DNA of 64,000 nucleotides from Takakia lepidozioides. Lineage: Eukaryota > Plantae > Bryophyta. Both the position numbers and the translations under genes were made by a program. Positions 22,301-35,000 of the stretch are shown here, piece after piece (the stretch's first letter is position 1; the number at the start of each line of letters is the position of its first letter). The notes beneath the pieces are model-generated. The model was given only the letters and a program-made list of their open reading frames with translations, was not told the DNA's origin and ran no database searches. Location: positions 64,170,001-64,234,000 of the forward strand of contig CM060731.1 of NCBI GenBank assembly GCA_030704615.1, read 5' to 3'.

Positions 22301-23487
22301 ATGCTTGTACCACCATGAAGTAAATAAAGTTTTGGAGGAAGTTCATAAAGGAGTGGCTGGAGGTCATTTTGGAGAAGAGACTACCAGTAGGAAGATACTA
22401 CTTGCAGGTTACTGGTGGCCTACTTTGTTCAAAGATGTACACAAGTATTGTCAGAGTTGTGATGAATGTCAGAGGCTAGGACCTTTGCAGAGATCTGGGA
22501 AGATGGCTTTGCATCCTACAATGCCTACTGAACCATTTCAGAAATGGGGACTAGACTTTGTTGGACCAATTAACCCACCAGCCAAGAATACACAGAACAG
22601 TACATAATTACAGCCACTGATTATACTACGAAGTGGGTGGAAGCTAAAGCTTTGAGGGACAACACAGCCAAGTCCACAGCAAGGTTCCTGTATGAGAACA
22701 TACTTACACTGGCTGTCCCTTGGAATTTATCAGTGATCAGGGAAGTCACTTCATTAATGAGACCATTGAACTATTGACTAAAGAGTTCATGATTGTGCAT
22801 AGGAAGAGTACAACGTATTACCCACAGGGTAATGGGCAGGCAGAGGCTACCAACAAAATACTATGTACTATCTTGGCTAAGATAGTCAATGCAAACAGAA
22901 CGGATTGGGATACAAAGCTGCTGACAGCTTTTGGTCATACAAGACTTCATATAAAGTCACCACTAAGTATACACCATTCCAATTAGTTTATGGTATGGAA
23001 GCTTTACTTCCAGTGGAATTCCTGTTACCTACCATGAGAACGGAATGGGGAAAGAGAATGGAATTGAAGATTCAATTAAAGGTCAGGAAACATGAATTAT
23101 ACCATGGAAGAAGTACGTGCTGATGCAGCTGATAACATGACCAGAATTCAGATGAAGAGAAGAACAGTTTGATGAAGGCAAGTTAAAGACTTTTAAAACG
23201 GAGATTTGGTTCTCTGGTTGCAGAAGAAGGGAAAGATTAAAGCTTCTAAGCTTAAATCACCATGGAAAGGACCTTATGTCATACAGAAGATGTATGATAA
23301 CAACACCGCCATGTTACAAACCATTAACAAAGAGATGCTGGGAAGAGTCAATGCCAATAAGTTGAAGGGGTACAGTGGTATCCATGACAAACCATTGCAG
23401 CATGATTTGCATGTTGAAACGCAAAAAGCAGTCACGGGCTGCGCCAGTGATACCAACGGAGTATGGAGCACTTGTCGCTGTATATGA
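19400..23487 (+). pseudogene. Gypsy pol (aspartic protease, RT, RNase H, integrase, C-terminal GPY region), many frameshifts
   Basis: VLIDGGSGVNIM; WLSPIVIVPKKNGKLRVCVNYKKLN; MDGFSGYNQV; MPFGLCNAPATFQR; VFLDDF; HCDASGEALGAVL; NYSTTEREALAMIYAVKKFRHY; GHFG...YWWPTL...CDECQR; WGLDFVGP; SDQGSHF; YYPQGNGQAEATNK; WKGPYVI. Confidence 0.97.
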
Positions 23488-23529
23488 CCACAGTGGCATA
23501 TGTTGTGGTGCCTATATAGCCTATTTGTG

Positions 23530-23740
23530 CACAGTCAACACAATCACAGCCCATCACGCGACACAGCCTATCACAGCCCATCACGGCGGACACAGCCTAT
23601 CACAGCCCATTACAGCGTGACACAGCCTATCATAGCCCATCACAGCGTGACACAGCCTATCAAGCTTACCACAGTGCCACACAGCCTATCCCAGCGTACC
23701 ACAATATGACACAGCCTGTCACAGCTCAACACAGCCTACT
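23530..23740 (+). repeat. CACAGCC minisatellite array on the 3' side of the gypsy element
   Basis: TCACAGCCCA / GACACAGCCTA units in the same orientation as the 15944-16185 array, followed by GGTTACA. Confidence 0.9.
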
Positions 23741-24218
23741 AAGGTTACACAATCCATAGGATCAGTGACAGGTGGACGTGGGTTAACATCCGGAGAGTGG
23801 CCGGCGGAAAAGTGGACGGAGGCACGTTTAGAAATGGACACGTGGACGTCAGGGCGAGACACACAGCCGGACATGGATTGCAAGAGCGACTGTCATCAAG
23901 GAAGAAGACAAAATTGCCGTCAAAGTACCTACCCGGCACATTAACTTAACGGAACCCTTTAAAAGTACCGAAAAGCGAAATCCATGTCACATGTGCTATC
24001 CTAGTGGACAGTCCAGAGTGGAAAATCCATGGAAAGAAATTAAATTACAAATCAAATCACATAGCCAACAGCCAATCATGAGCCAGAATTACCTGCAGAA
24101 GGTATTTTCCAAGAAGAGAAATCAAGAAATTGGAAGGATTCTGAGCGCAAGAGTCGGTGTCGTTCCAAGTAACGGGCGTCTCGTCAGGAGAGACAATCAA
24201 AGCTATAGCTTTGAAGCT

Positions 24219-25480
24219 ATGGCGGAAATAACAGACTACACATTCGCCTTACTACTTACGCAAAGGCACAAGGACAGACGAACGGAGAGTACATTTTCTC
24301 TAAATCGCTACTTGCAAGCCCCACAGGCTTACAAGCACTTACCCATTTCATTCTGCGCCAACCATACTTTTATGCTTTACTTGCATGTTTGTCTTATTTG
24401 TTTGTTTGTATTCGATCAGATATATTTGTAGATATATATTATTTAAAGTTAATAGTGTGGCATGTGTAGTTGAGCACATATTCAACTATAAAAGATGTCT
24501 TTTGCTAGTTCTATGGTTCACAATTTGGAAAAATGGACCGAAAGGAGTATGTATACCGAGAGACACTAGATGTTCGTCTAGGAGACATCATGCAGTCAAT
24601 GGGGAAATATTTATGAAGCAAAAGTGTAGAAGGGGGCCAAACTTTGCACATCATGCTTAATTCTTGGCAAGTGACGTAGACATTAAACCCGGAGTCTGTT
24701 ATTTGCAGATTACCTCATGAGTCGATCCTGTCCTAGATCTAGATATACGGAAAGACCGGAAGGCTGTTGATGGGAATTCAAAGGTGACCAGTCGTGCGTT
24801 TGATCGCTTCTTATTTGACACTCCGTTCACAAAGAATGGACGTACTCAGGGGGGCTAGAACCCCAGTGGAAACGGCGTACAATTCTGCAGACTGAAGGAC
24901 ATTTCTTGCTTTTTGTGAACGGCTTGCTTGTCATCAAGTCAAAATCACGGGAATTTTCACCTATTGAAAATGCTATTGGGATGATAGAAGGCGCACACTG
25001 GCCTTGCTAGGAGAGCTTGAAGAACATGACAGAATGGATGATGAACAGGCACCGCGGTTGCAAAGTCTGCAGCGTATCTTGCAAGGAAGTGTTGTTGTGC
25101 ATGTATGTGCATTATGTTCAGAGTGCCTCAACGTATGTATGAATATGTTGGTTATTCTCTATCGTTAGTACCAAATTGTCAGATGTGTTTATATATGAAA
25201 GAATTTAACATTCCATTCTTGAATAATTCCACAGGTAAACAGTGGAGTACTTGGAGTTTGCACTGCATTCTTATTAGGATCTAGACAGCTACAAAGTTAA
25301 GGTCACAAGAGCTACAACAATTACTCATAGCCACACTGATGGAGTTTATGGCTGTATGCAAGCAAGCTATCATAGTCCTTTCCCGGCTTATTGCAGATGA
25401 TGACCAAGACTTCCACTCAGACCTTGTGATTGGGTTTCAATTACTGACTTATACAGAGCTGCATTCAGGGACTACTTGAA
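24219..25480 (+). pseudogene. Degenerate spliced gene of unknown family
   Basis: Protein-like blocks (MAEITDYTFALLL..., DPVLDLDIRKDRKAVDG..., TLALLGELEEHDRMDDEQAPRLQSLQRIL..., ELQQLLIATLMEF...) separated by T-rich intron-like stretches. No recognised domain. Confidence 0.35.
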
Positions 25481-26009
25481 TGATTGATAAGACCATTTTG
25501 TTGCAACCAAAACTACAATACACAACACAAGTGGAACACATGCACAAGTAGCATGCACAAGTGGAACACATTTGAAGCACATGAAGAGAACATGAATACA
25601 ACAAGAATGTGTCCGAAAGAGCCATACTGACCACAATTGGATTGTTAGTCATACCAACTTGTACCCCGCACCTTCAAATACTCAAAGTTGCATGCAATAC
25701 GGACTAAACAATTGGAACAACATGTGTTGTGCTCATGCGAAGCTTTGGGGAACACCTGCACATGGATCCGCCATGGAATGAGAATATTTTCGCACGATAG
25801 CCACATGATATCCCAGTACGTTGTTGGCCGCAGCATCGGAAACAATCGCAAACAATCGAAGAATCGGAGGCAAGAAAGCCATCATCATATTGCGAACTCA
25901 AAGATGAAACCGTCACACGCGAAGAAGCCTCGCCGTCTGGAAGCCGCTCTTATACCTCGGTTGTGGAACGTCGATGGAAAATAGATGGCGACGATTGCAC
26001 GATTAAACA

Positions 26010-26990
26010 GGCCACACAGGAGGAGAGGGACAAGGGAGCGAAGGAGGGGGAGGGGAGCGGCCGTAGGGGAGGGGAGCAGAACAGGGGAGCAGAGGCACGG
26101 GGGCACAGGGGAGTGGAGAACGCCGCGGGGGGGATATAGGGGAGCAGCGAAACAAGGGAGCGGAGGCAACGGGGAGCAGAGATACAGGGCAGCGGAGAGC
26201 GACGCGGGGGTGGGGGGGGGGGGGGGGGAACAGGGTCGTGAAGGCACCGGGGAGCGCCGCAGGGGAGAGAAACAGGGGAGCAGAGAACGGGGGCACAGGG
26301 AGCGAAACAGGGGAGCAGACATACATGGGAGCGTAAAGCTCGCGCGCGGGGGGGGGGGGGGGGGGGGTTACAGGGGAGTAGCGAAACAGGGTCACGGAAG
26401 CACCACGGATCGGGGAGCGCCACGGGGGAGCGAAACAGGGGGAGCATACATACACGGGAGCGGGGAGCGCCGCGGGAGGGGGGCCAACAGAGGAGCAGAG
26501 AAACAGGGGAGCGGAGGCACAGGGGAGCGAAACAAGGGAGCAGAGATACAGAGGAGCGGAGGAGGGGAGCGGAGAGCGCCGCGGGGGGGGTGGGGGGTGG
26601 AGGGGCGGCGAAACAGGGACCGGTGGAGGGGAGCGGGGAGCTCCACGGGAGGGGACAGGGGAGCAGTGAAACAGGGGAGCGCAGGCACCGGGGAGCGGAG
26701 CGCGCGGGGGGAGCCAAACAGGGGAGCATAGACACAAGGGAGCGGAGGCAGAGGGGAGCGGATAGCGCCGCGGGGGGGCGAAACAAGGGAGCAAAAAAAT
26801 AGGGGAGTGGGGAGCGCCGCAGGGGAGCAGACATACAGGGGAGTGGAGAGCCCGGGGGGGGGGGGGGGGGGGGGGCAAAACAGGCTCCGCGGAGGGCTCG
26901 CGGGCGGGCGGGGGCCAGGCTGGCTGGGCAGGTCCGGGGGCGGTCGGGGAGGGCGGCACATGCGGGCCACGGGGGGTGGGGATTTGACAG
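26010..26990. repeat. G/A-skewed GC-rich minisatellite (ACAGGGGAGC units) with long G runs
   Basis: Dozens of (A)CAGGGGAGC(G/A) copies; long G homopolymers near 26212, 26348 and 26854. Confidence 0.92.
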
Positions 26991-28879
26991 GCGGGCTCCG
27001 GCGAGGGGGGCCCACGGTCTCGCACGTGTGCATTCAACTCCCATCCTATGTCTAGTGTAAACCGTTTCATGCCTAGAGTCTTTGGTTTGGTTTGAGTTTT
27101 TGTAGTGTAGGAAATTATAACACTGACTTATCTGAAATTCTAGCACATTTGCCACCGCGAAGCTGAACCTCCCTTATTTGATTTCTAGGGGACCTTTATC
27201 GGAGGGTTACAGGATCCAGAGATCTAGCCTTCTAACATAGCTTGAGATACTCGGGCAACAACGAATCTTGTTGCAATGGCTCTCCAGGTGGGCCGTTTTT
27301 ATAGAACTTGTGTTGTATATCCGTGTGAATTCTTTGATCCCTCGCCTTTGATGTCCCATTGCATTCCATTGCTCAATTTCCCCCCAAAAGGTGAACCCAT
27401 CCGGGTGTGCAAAGACACATCAGCTTGGTACATTCCCAAGTAGCTACAGTTGGGAATGTACTTTTGTAGCAAAAGTAGCAAAACCCCATTCGTGTTACTT
27501 GGCCTCCTACGATGCTTCCACTAACATTGGGATCATCTTTCTTGGCACCTCTTCGTCACAAACGCATCCTCACAGGTTCGTAATAGTGCACAATGTTGCA
27601 GATCCTATTCCTCATAACTCATTAATGTTCACCATTTCGGTAGTTGCATTTCCAACACCTTTCTCTCTCAACATCACTCACTTGCTCCGGGTTAAGTTGA
27701 TTTACTTGAGAATTGGTTTCTCTCTAAACTCTCTCAAACACATGGTATTGCCCAATGGGCCTCCACCTCTTGTTGGCATTATACCATATACTAATCTTTA
27801 TCTACCCAATGCACACCCAACTGCAATTCGCTTGGATCCCTAGTCTAAAGACACATTGTGGCAACTTCCCCGCGCTTCACCTTGCTTGCCACAAAGGCTA
27901 GGCCTAGACGATCTATTGGAATTCCTCATGGTGGTGGTGACAATGGTGATGATGGCGGCAGAGGGGATGCTGGTGCTGGGGGTGCTACGTAGGGCTGGTT
28001 GTGGTGGTGGTGGTGGTGGGAGCTTGGGTGGTGTGGATTCGTCGGGACCAAGTTGCATTGGGTTCAGCCATGGGCCGAAGGCTTCTTTTTCAGAGATGTG
28101 TGGAGCCAAATTGAGAGCATTTGGCAGTATGGAGGTACAGAGGAATTAGATGCAAAGTGGGGCCGCGTTGGTCAATTCCATATAGGAATGGACATTCCAT
28201 TTGTGATGGAAAACCTAGATTCGGGGACTGAGCCAGACTCAGAGTCCGAGGATGGAGGATGATGGAGCAACAATTCTGTCTACATCATGGACTTTGTACC
28301 TACATTGCAATGTTAAGCCAAGAACTTTTACTTTTGAATCTATACTTTTCTCTACATGCAATTGATTAGAATCCAGTCAAGGTCGTAGTATCTAAATTAT
28401 TTTTTTCTGAAGATAGAGGACAGTTTTGAGATAGAGGACAATTTTGATGGTGGCAATGAGGAATGCGTCTGTTAGCTAATTTAGGACTTTACAAATGTTG
28501 GTTCAATTTAGCAAGTATGCAAAATCTTGACTTGTTGATTCATTTCATTGGAGGATTGTTGGAGGTTACTGATAATAACCCTAAGAAGAATCATGTTGCC
28601 GAGCAAAGTTGGAGAATTGCTCCAGGTAGGATTGATATACTCCATTTTCCTGCATGTTATTGCTGACTAGTAATATGCACTTGTTTTTAGGATTTACACA
28701 ATTGCACAAAGACTGCTTTTGAGGAAAAAGATTGAGCATAGTGGTGACCAGATAGTTGCATATGTGACAGCATTGAGCTGTGTCTCAGGTAATAATTTCT
28801 TATAATCTGTTTATAGTAGCTACTCATACCGACGTACATTATTTCAAAGTGGAAACCATATCCTGCTCAAACACATACT

Positions 28880-31800
28880 TCAATCTTGACAACTTCATAC
28901 CCATACTTGATGTCAAATTCATCAGGAAAGCATTCGCCAAAGAGTCCCTAATCCTGGATCTTTCCACAGATGTTATTCACCCATGGGTGAACCCATAATT
29001 TGGTCACACATGGTCCCAAGCTTAAACTCCGCTTACAAATGGATGCAAGGATCTGGGCATGTCTGTTGCCATGGGTTTCACCTTGACGGTGCTCCTGCAA
29101 CAACCACAGTTCAAGTTTTTTGTTAAAATCACATAACAGAAACAGGAATGTCAAGACTACTTCATGCAGTAGTCTATCATCCAAAACGATACCAGTCCAA
29201 CACCGAGTAGTACCGAGCGATCCTGCTACCCTAATGGTTGGGAATTTGACTGCTACCCAACCTCTAAAACCGAATTTGTTGTAGATTGTAATCCACACAA
29301 CTATCATAGGGATTAACCTCTATAGCAATAATAAGGCTCTCATTCATTCCATTCCGTCGAATATTGACCATGTGGTTGTAAACAAGGACATCTCTACAGT
29401 ATGCACAGTCACCGTTGATCGGCCATTGAGAGCAGACCATAAGAAACAGTGGTCATCCCAATTTCAGTATTGCATTGAAATAACAGTCACATGAAGTGAC
29501 TGAAATCACTGAAATGCTCCAAAACAGTGCTAAGATAAGTCCTTCCACCTGAATTAGCAGCAGGGATGAAAAAGCAGCATTTGGATACCGTGGTGATTCC
29601 CTGCTTGAGTCTTCCTAAAGTGAACAAATTTTCATGATATGATGCAAAACTTGAATGTGTGTCATCAGGCAAGCAAAGCTCCTACCGCAAAGCATGGTAT
29701 CGTCAATGGCAAGCTTGTGAGAACACATGACGACAATGGACCCACTGTCTTGGCCAGAGTGGATGGAACTCAGCCTCCCCGTAGCTGATGGTGCAAATGG
29801 GCCTCTCCACGGATAACATGTTTGCCACAAATGACGGCCGCTTCGCATATATGGGTCGAAGTCAGTAGTCTTCACATCTCCCGGTTCAAGGCTCAGTGCA
29901 ATCCACACAATTGACCGACCAACTCCAGAAAACAAAGCTTTTATACACCAACTACAGTGCTGAGTAGCTTTTGTCCAGGTTCGGAAAAAAAACTGACTAC
30001 TGAAGCAAGACCTCACCTCTGTCATGCTCTGCCAGTGCCACTGACTTCAAGAACACAATCAGCTGCAAAAAGGGCTGCGATACTAGATAGTGTACATTTC
30101 TTTGAACCTAATAACTAAGTAGCTACACAACTCCTATTTGGCAGCCATACTACCGCAAAGTTGGAGAGTAGATGTCCCTACTAGTATTCAAAATCTTTGT
30201 ACATCAAAGACAACATCATGGAACCTCGTGTAAATTACAAGGAGGGATTGCAGCATCAGAACAAAACTGTGTCTCGACAGGTAGCTCACGAGATTACTTG
30301 CATGGGATGATAGACATGCTGGATTCCCAGCAGTTGCAAAATGAACTTTGTAAAACAACATGAAATTTGAGACTACAGGACTGAATGGCAGATTCTTGCT
30401 GGCATTACAATATAGAGACTGCAAGTTTGTGGTGCTACATGAGGCCTACCAAAGAGTCACTTGTAATCAAACTGAAACAGTATTTGGCAACACAAAATCA
30501 TCATCACAGAGATGACAGGAAATGTCCTGTGCATCTATATGCAAAATACATTGACGTTGGTTGGAGCGCACTCTCTGCAGAAGAGGTCAGTACTGCTTTT
30601 CTCAAGTCTTCCTCGGTCATCCAAGGGAGTTCTCAACCTGCTGCCACTCCTGATGTTTCTGTGCTAGTTCTGTTTCACTGGGGCTAATCACCAGTTCTGA
30701 GGGTATTCTAACTTCTAGGATACAAAATATTCCAAAAGAAAATCCTCAGACATTGCCATTTTGTAGCATGCAAAGGCAGACATGCGGGTTAAGTTGCTTA
30801 ATCAGACATCCTTACAAGATCCAGAAGAAACTGCTACTTAGCAGCAGAAAGGGTGAAAACTGTTGGTAGAGGGTGTCAGCACCATACCTTCAAATACATT
30901 CCCATTGAACACTCGATCACCAAAGAAACCTCATTCAGACTTCAAGATGCTGATAACAGCTTTGAAAGCCTTTGTCAAATCTGTGATTCATATCGGTGGT
31001 CTCTTTAAGTAGACCCAAAGGCCTATGATATACAAAGTAAGAGGAAGGAGGAAAGTCCACTCTTTACCTGGGGCACTATGTCTGTAAATTTCAGGGGAAA
31101 AACTTACTCCTATTTGTACAAGGCTACCACAGTTGAGTTCAAAATGTCAAGCAGCTTTGGCACCACAACTGCCTGGCCAGAAGCTGGTAGTCTCAGACTC
31201 CCCAGGGAGAAGCTCCTGCAACCCAACACGAATTATATCTTGCGCCCTCCTGTGAGGTCCCATACCTGAAATCATTTGGTCCACCAGGGAATCCTCCAAT
31301 CCTTGAATTGATCTTCGCTCTCTAATTGCTAACCGTCGTCGGTCCAACTCTGCCATTCTGCAGTTCACACAATCCTGGATTAAGCCTTCCATATATACAA
31401 TGAATGGAAGCTAAAACATTGAGTCAGTGGATGGCTGACGTGAACCGCTACCGCAAGAATTGTGCTCTGTAGAGTATAGAAAGCAACCAAGACTTGGCAC
31501 ATAGGACCTCTCCCCTCTCCTCACAAGTAGGCACTTTGGACTGCGCACAATACGACTCTGTGGTCTTCCAAATCTCTTCAGATTCAACTTTGATGTAAGT
31601 CATGCTTTGGGGCCTATCAAGACTTCAGTATTAGAGCAAACGACCATAGTGATACAAACTTGAGTTTCAAATCTGTAAGAAATTGATGAATAGTAGCATA
31701 CTCTTGAGCTACGGCAAAACGAGGTCCTTCCAGGATTGCTTCAGATTCCTCACAAGTAGCAGGTGCTGCTGTTAATGTTTCATGCCTTCCCCTCGCATCC

Positions 31801-32900
31801 TTGCTGCATCGGAATTGGTAGTACACGTTAAAATGCGGTCTTCCTTCCTCAAATAGCATGTCCACCAAATGCCAACACCACTAAGTCCAAATTCCCAGTA
31901 GGTTTCAGGCTAAAGGCTGCGAGCCAAGACAAGTTAGTCTGAATTTGATCTTATACAACAATATGGGCCAGCATGAAGGTGGACGACTTGCCACATTGGC
32001 GAAACAGGGATCTTTCACGAAGAAGGTTCACAGCACACAGAAATGGGGAGCAAGTTTTCTTAGACACCAATCTTATTTCTCCGACATTTTTGTCATGGTA
32101 CTCATATACTTTTGTCATATCACCGTTGGTTTCCGGCAGTCTGGAAGCATTGCTTGCGACATGATTATAGACATGTATGATGGCATCTATGACATGAGAG
32201 GGCACCTACCACACGTCGCCACTTGCTGATAGTGAAAATTTATGGGAGCTCGTTGCATTAGATACTGCAAGAGAAGGCGCATTTGAGATCACACCCCTTC
32301 TTACTGTCAAATTTCGTTGATCATTGCTTTGAGAACACGGCCGTAATGACTTCTTCATGAGCCGTACCTGCAATTTCCCCTCTCAGAGCATCAGATCATA
32401 TGCCAACACGAGTCAAGAGTGAAGTAAACCATTCCGTATCAATGTCTCAAGCTTCACGGCTCACAGTGTCTATTGCCTATCATTACCACGCACATCTACT
32501 CGTAAGGCGCTGCCCTACCTGCAATTCCCCCCACTGCGCATCAGATCAAGACTACGACAGTGCTTTTGGACTTTATAACGTATCCACGACATAGCTTGTG
32601 ACAGATCACCGGGTGTCTACTTACTTTCATGCTAACCCTGCACTGCATCTGCAGTCCTAGTCGCAAAGCACTGTGAAATGTGCATGCACCCTTAGCTGCA
32701 AGAAGTTGGGAGTGATCAAATATCGAACCAACTTCCTCCACTTTGGACGAGCACATTCAAGGACACATCTAAGATTGCACAGGCTACCCGCATTCAGAAC
32801 TCACAACAGATTTGTTCCAAGCAGCTGACCTGTCCAATGATGTCAATTCCTGAAAGACATAACGGAAGACCACTCCCTGTCGCCATCATCCCCACTGATG
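28880..32900 (-). pseudogene. Degenerate multi-exon gene of unknown family
   Basis: Minus-strand blocks bounded by ttgcag/ttttag acceptors and gta donors, e.g. VRLMKKSLRP...HVIDAIIHVYNH..., LPFIVYMEGLIQDCVNC..., EHRQGETHGNRHAQIL...FDIKYGYEVVKIE. In-frame TAG/TGA stops. A GC-rich leader-like region lies at 33060-33400. Confidence 0.45.
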
Positions 32901-34188
32901 CACCCCTTCCCAGGGCGAAAGTCACAGCCAGAAAGATTGCATTCAACCGATCTTGCAGTAAGGGAAGAAAGCCAGAATTACAGAGCGCGGAAAAGCAGAG
33001 CCAGACTGCTCCACTGGTGCGTACGGAAAACGAAGGCAGAAATCGGCTACCAAGAAACAAGCATCTGACCTAGCAATCGCAGTGCGCGAAGTGTAGGAAG
33101 GTGAAGAGCTGCGGCCTGGACAAAGTCCGCGGTCAGCCAGCGCTGCACGCTCACACGGCGAGAGGCTCGAAGACCGAGGGAGGGAGACACAGACACGCGC
33201 GGGGAGGAGGGAACAAGACGAGGTAAAGACCGCCAAATTCCTTTACTCGTGCCAGTTTCTTTCTACCACGCTGGTACACTCTGGACACGGCGCCCTCCCG
33301 GCGGGCCCTAAACACTCTGCCACCGGTGATTACCGGTCGCCGTTCCACTTCTCGCCTACTGACGCTCCCGGTCGGGTCGTGGCTGTGAGACCGGGACCAC
33401 CCGGTCAACAGATCCCAGACCGGTATTGCACAACATAAGTCAGGGCCCCCTACGGCTACTGACTAGGCCTACGGTGACCGTATTCCCAGCGTGGCTGTCG
33501 GTCGTACCTATACTCCTACGGCTAACTTCCCACCTACCTACCCTGCTAGCCTCTAGGGGCTATTCCGGCCCGGGTACATGAAATATAACATGGCAGAAGC
33601 AAAGGACATGGGAATGGGCGCTGACATGCATCGCCCCATTAAACGGCCAGATTCTGGATGTATCTTGTGCAGCATCGCCGGGCGGTTACCCTGTTGGATG
33701 AACGTATTAGGTATGGATGATACGTTCTTCTCTCTCGTCCATTTCTCCATGAACACTGAAAGCGGCAGCCGCGACAGGCGGTCATCGGGAAGACCGCACG
33801 GTCAGCAGCAGTTGCTGAAGCCATCTGCGCCGTCCAGAGGAACCATCCAACGGTGTGCGGCGTAGAGCTGCACGTGGGGAAGCACGTGAGAGCCGGTCAT
33901 CGTGCGCCGCCCACCCGCACTATGCACCACGTGGCCTCCAGCCTTGTCGTTTGGCCCTTCTCGCCCTGTGCCCGGTGCGGGGTTCAAACTTCACAGTGCA
34001 CACCCTCGCGAGGCCAACTACCCAAGAAATGACACAAGTCAAAGCCAGGGTGTCAGGAAGCAGCAGTGGGGGAGAAAGGGGTGGCGGCGGCAAAAGCGCC
34101 ATGTGGGCTGGGTGTCACTAATGGCCGCGCGGTGAGCCACGCTGGCCACGGTCGGAATCGTGGCCTAAGCGGTTTCATGGACTAGAGA

Positions 34189-34265
34189 ACGGGCAGCAGA
34201 GGGCCGATTCGGCCAGGTAAGCACGCCCTGCTCGAGCCTGGCCGAATCGGCCCTCTGCTGCCCGT
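34189..34265. repeat. Perfect 29-bp inverted repeat with 19-nt loop
   Basis: ACGGGCAGCAGAGGGCCGATTCGGCCAGG (34189-34217) / CCTGGCCGAATCGGCCCTCTGCTGCCCGT (34237-34265). Confidence 0.97.
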
Positions 34266-34529
34266 ACCCTGGCGTTAAAAGCAGTTGAGGTTGCCGATTC
34301 TGCATGCCGTATCGGCAGCACGGCTTTTTTTTCCATTTTGGCTTAGAAGCGTAGATGGCTACAAAATTTGAAGGCTAAGTGCAAAGATGGCGATGACATA
34401 GATGCTTAGTTAAAAATCAACTGGCTACATGCTATTTCATTTGCATGCAATATGGCGATTTGAGTATTTTGTGTAAGAGGCCACATATTGTTGCAATGTG
34501 GATACAATGCCATAGTCGGAAGTGCATTT

Positions 34530-35000
34530 GTTGGCACTAGAGCCTAATCTCAAGTAGCAAAGTGGCACCTTTGCCTACTGTCAAGAAGCAATGTAGGCAT
34601 AATAGTCTATTTAAAATCTGAAATCTGAAATTTGTTGATCAAGTCTTAAACTAGGACAGCAAGCATCATGGCCTCAATATCAAATAACAAAGTGATACCA
34701 TAGTCCAATTTGAAGGAGCAAACTCGTACCAATGTAGGCATGGCACTCACAATCTGAAATCTAAAATAATTAATCAAAGAAGTCCAAAGATGGCCAGCAA
34801 AAACCATAGCCTTAATTTCAAGTAGCATGGTGGCACCATTGAGGATGGTGAAGGAACAAATTGATACCAAGTGAGGCAGGACAGCCCACTCACAATCTGA
34901 AATCTGAAACTAATTAATCAAAGAAGTCCTACAATGGGCCAGCAAACATCACGACCTCAATTTCAAATAGCAAAGTAGCACCATAGCCCAATGTGAAAGA
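34530..35000. repeat. Degenerate tandem repeat, about 4 x 135-145 bp
   Basis: AAT.TCAA.TA.CA..GT..CACC recurs near 34546, 34676, 34815 and 34959; AATCTGAAATCT recurs three times. Confidence 0.75.

Larger units (their letters stand above)
15944..23748 (+). mobile_element. Ty3/gypsy retrotransposon, non-chromovirus type (Athila/Tat/Phygy/Selgy-like), boundaries approximate
   Basis: Domain order gag-PR-RT-RH-IN; no chromodomain and no second RNase H seen. Confidence 0.9.

Noticed and set aside
25885-27155. Long Pro/Arg/Gly-rich ORFs (401, 355, 248, 213 aa)
   Set aside because: Open in several frames on both strands because the GC-rich minisatellite lacks stop codons.
27057-27210. 155-bp solo LTR (TGTAAACC...GGTTACA)
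   Set aside because: Inverted ends are present but there is no TSD, PBS, PPT or second copy.
29040-29100. Replitron/CRESS-like HUH motif in EHRQGETHGNRHAQ
   Set aside because: Superficial xHxQ match only. It sits at an exon start with no motif 1 or YxxK motif 3 at suitable spacing.
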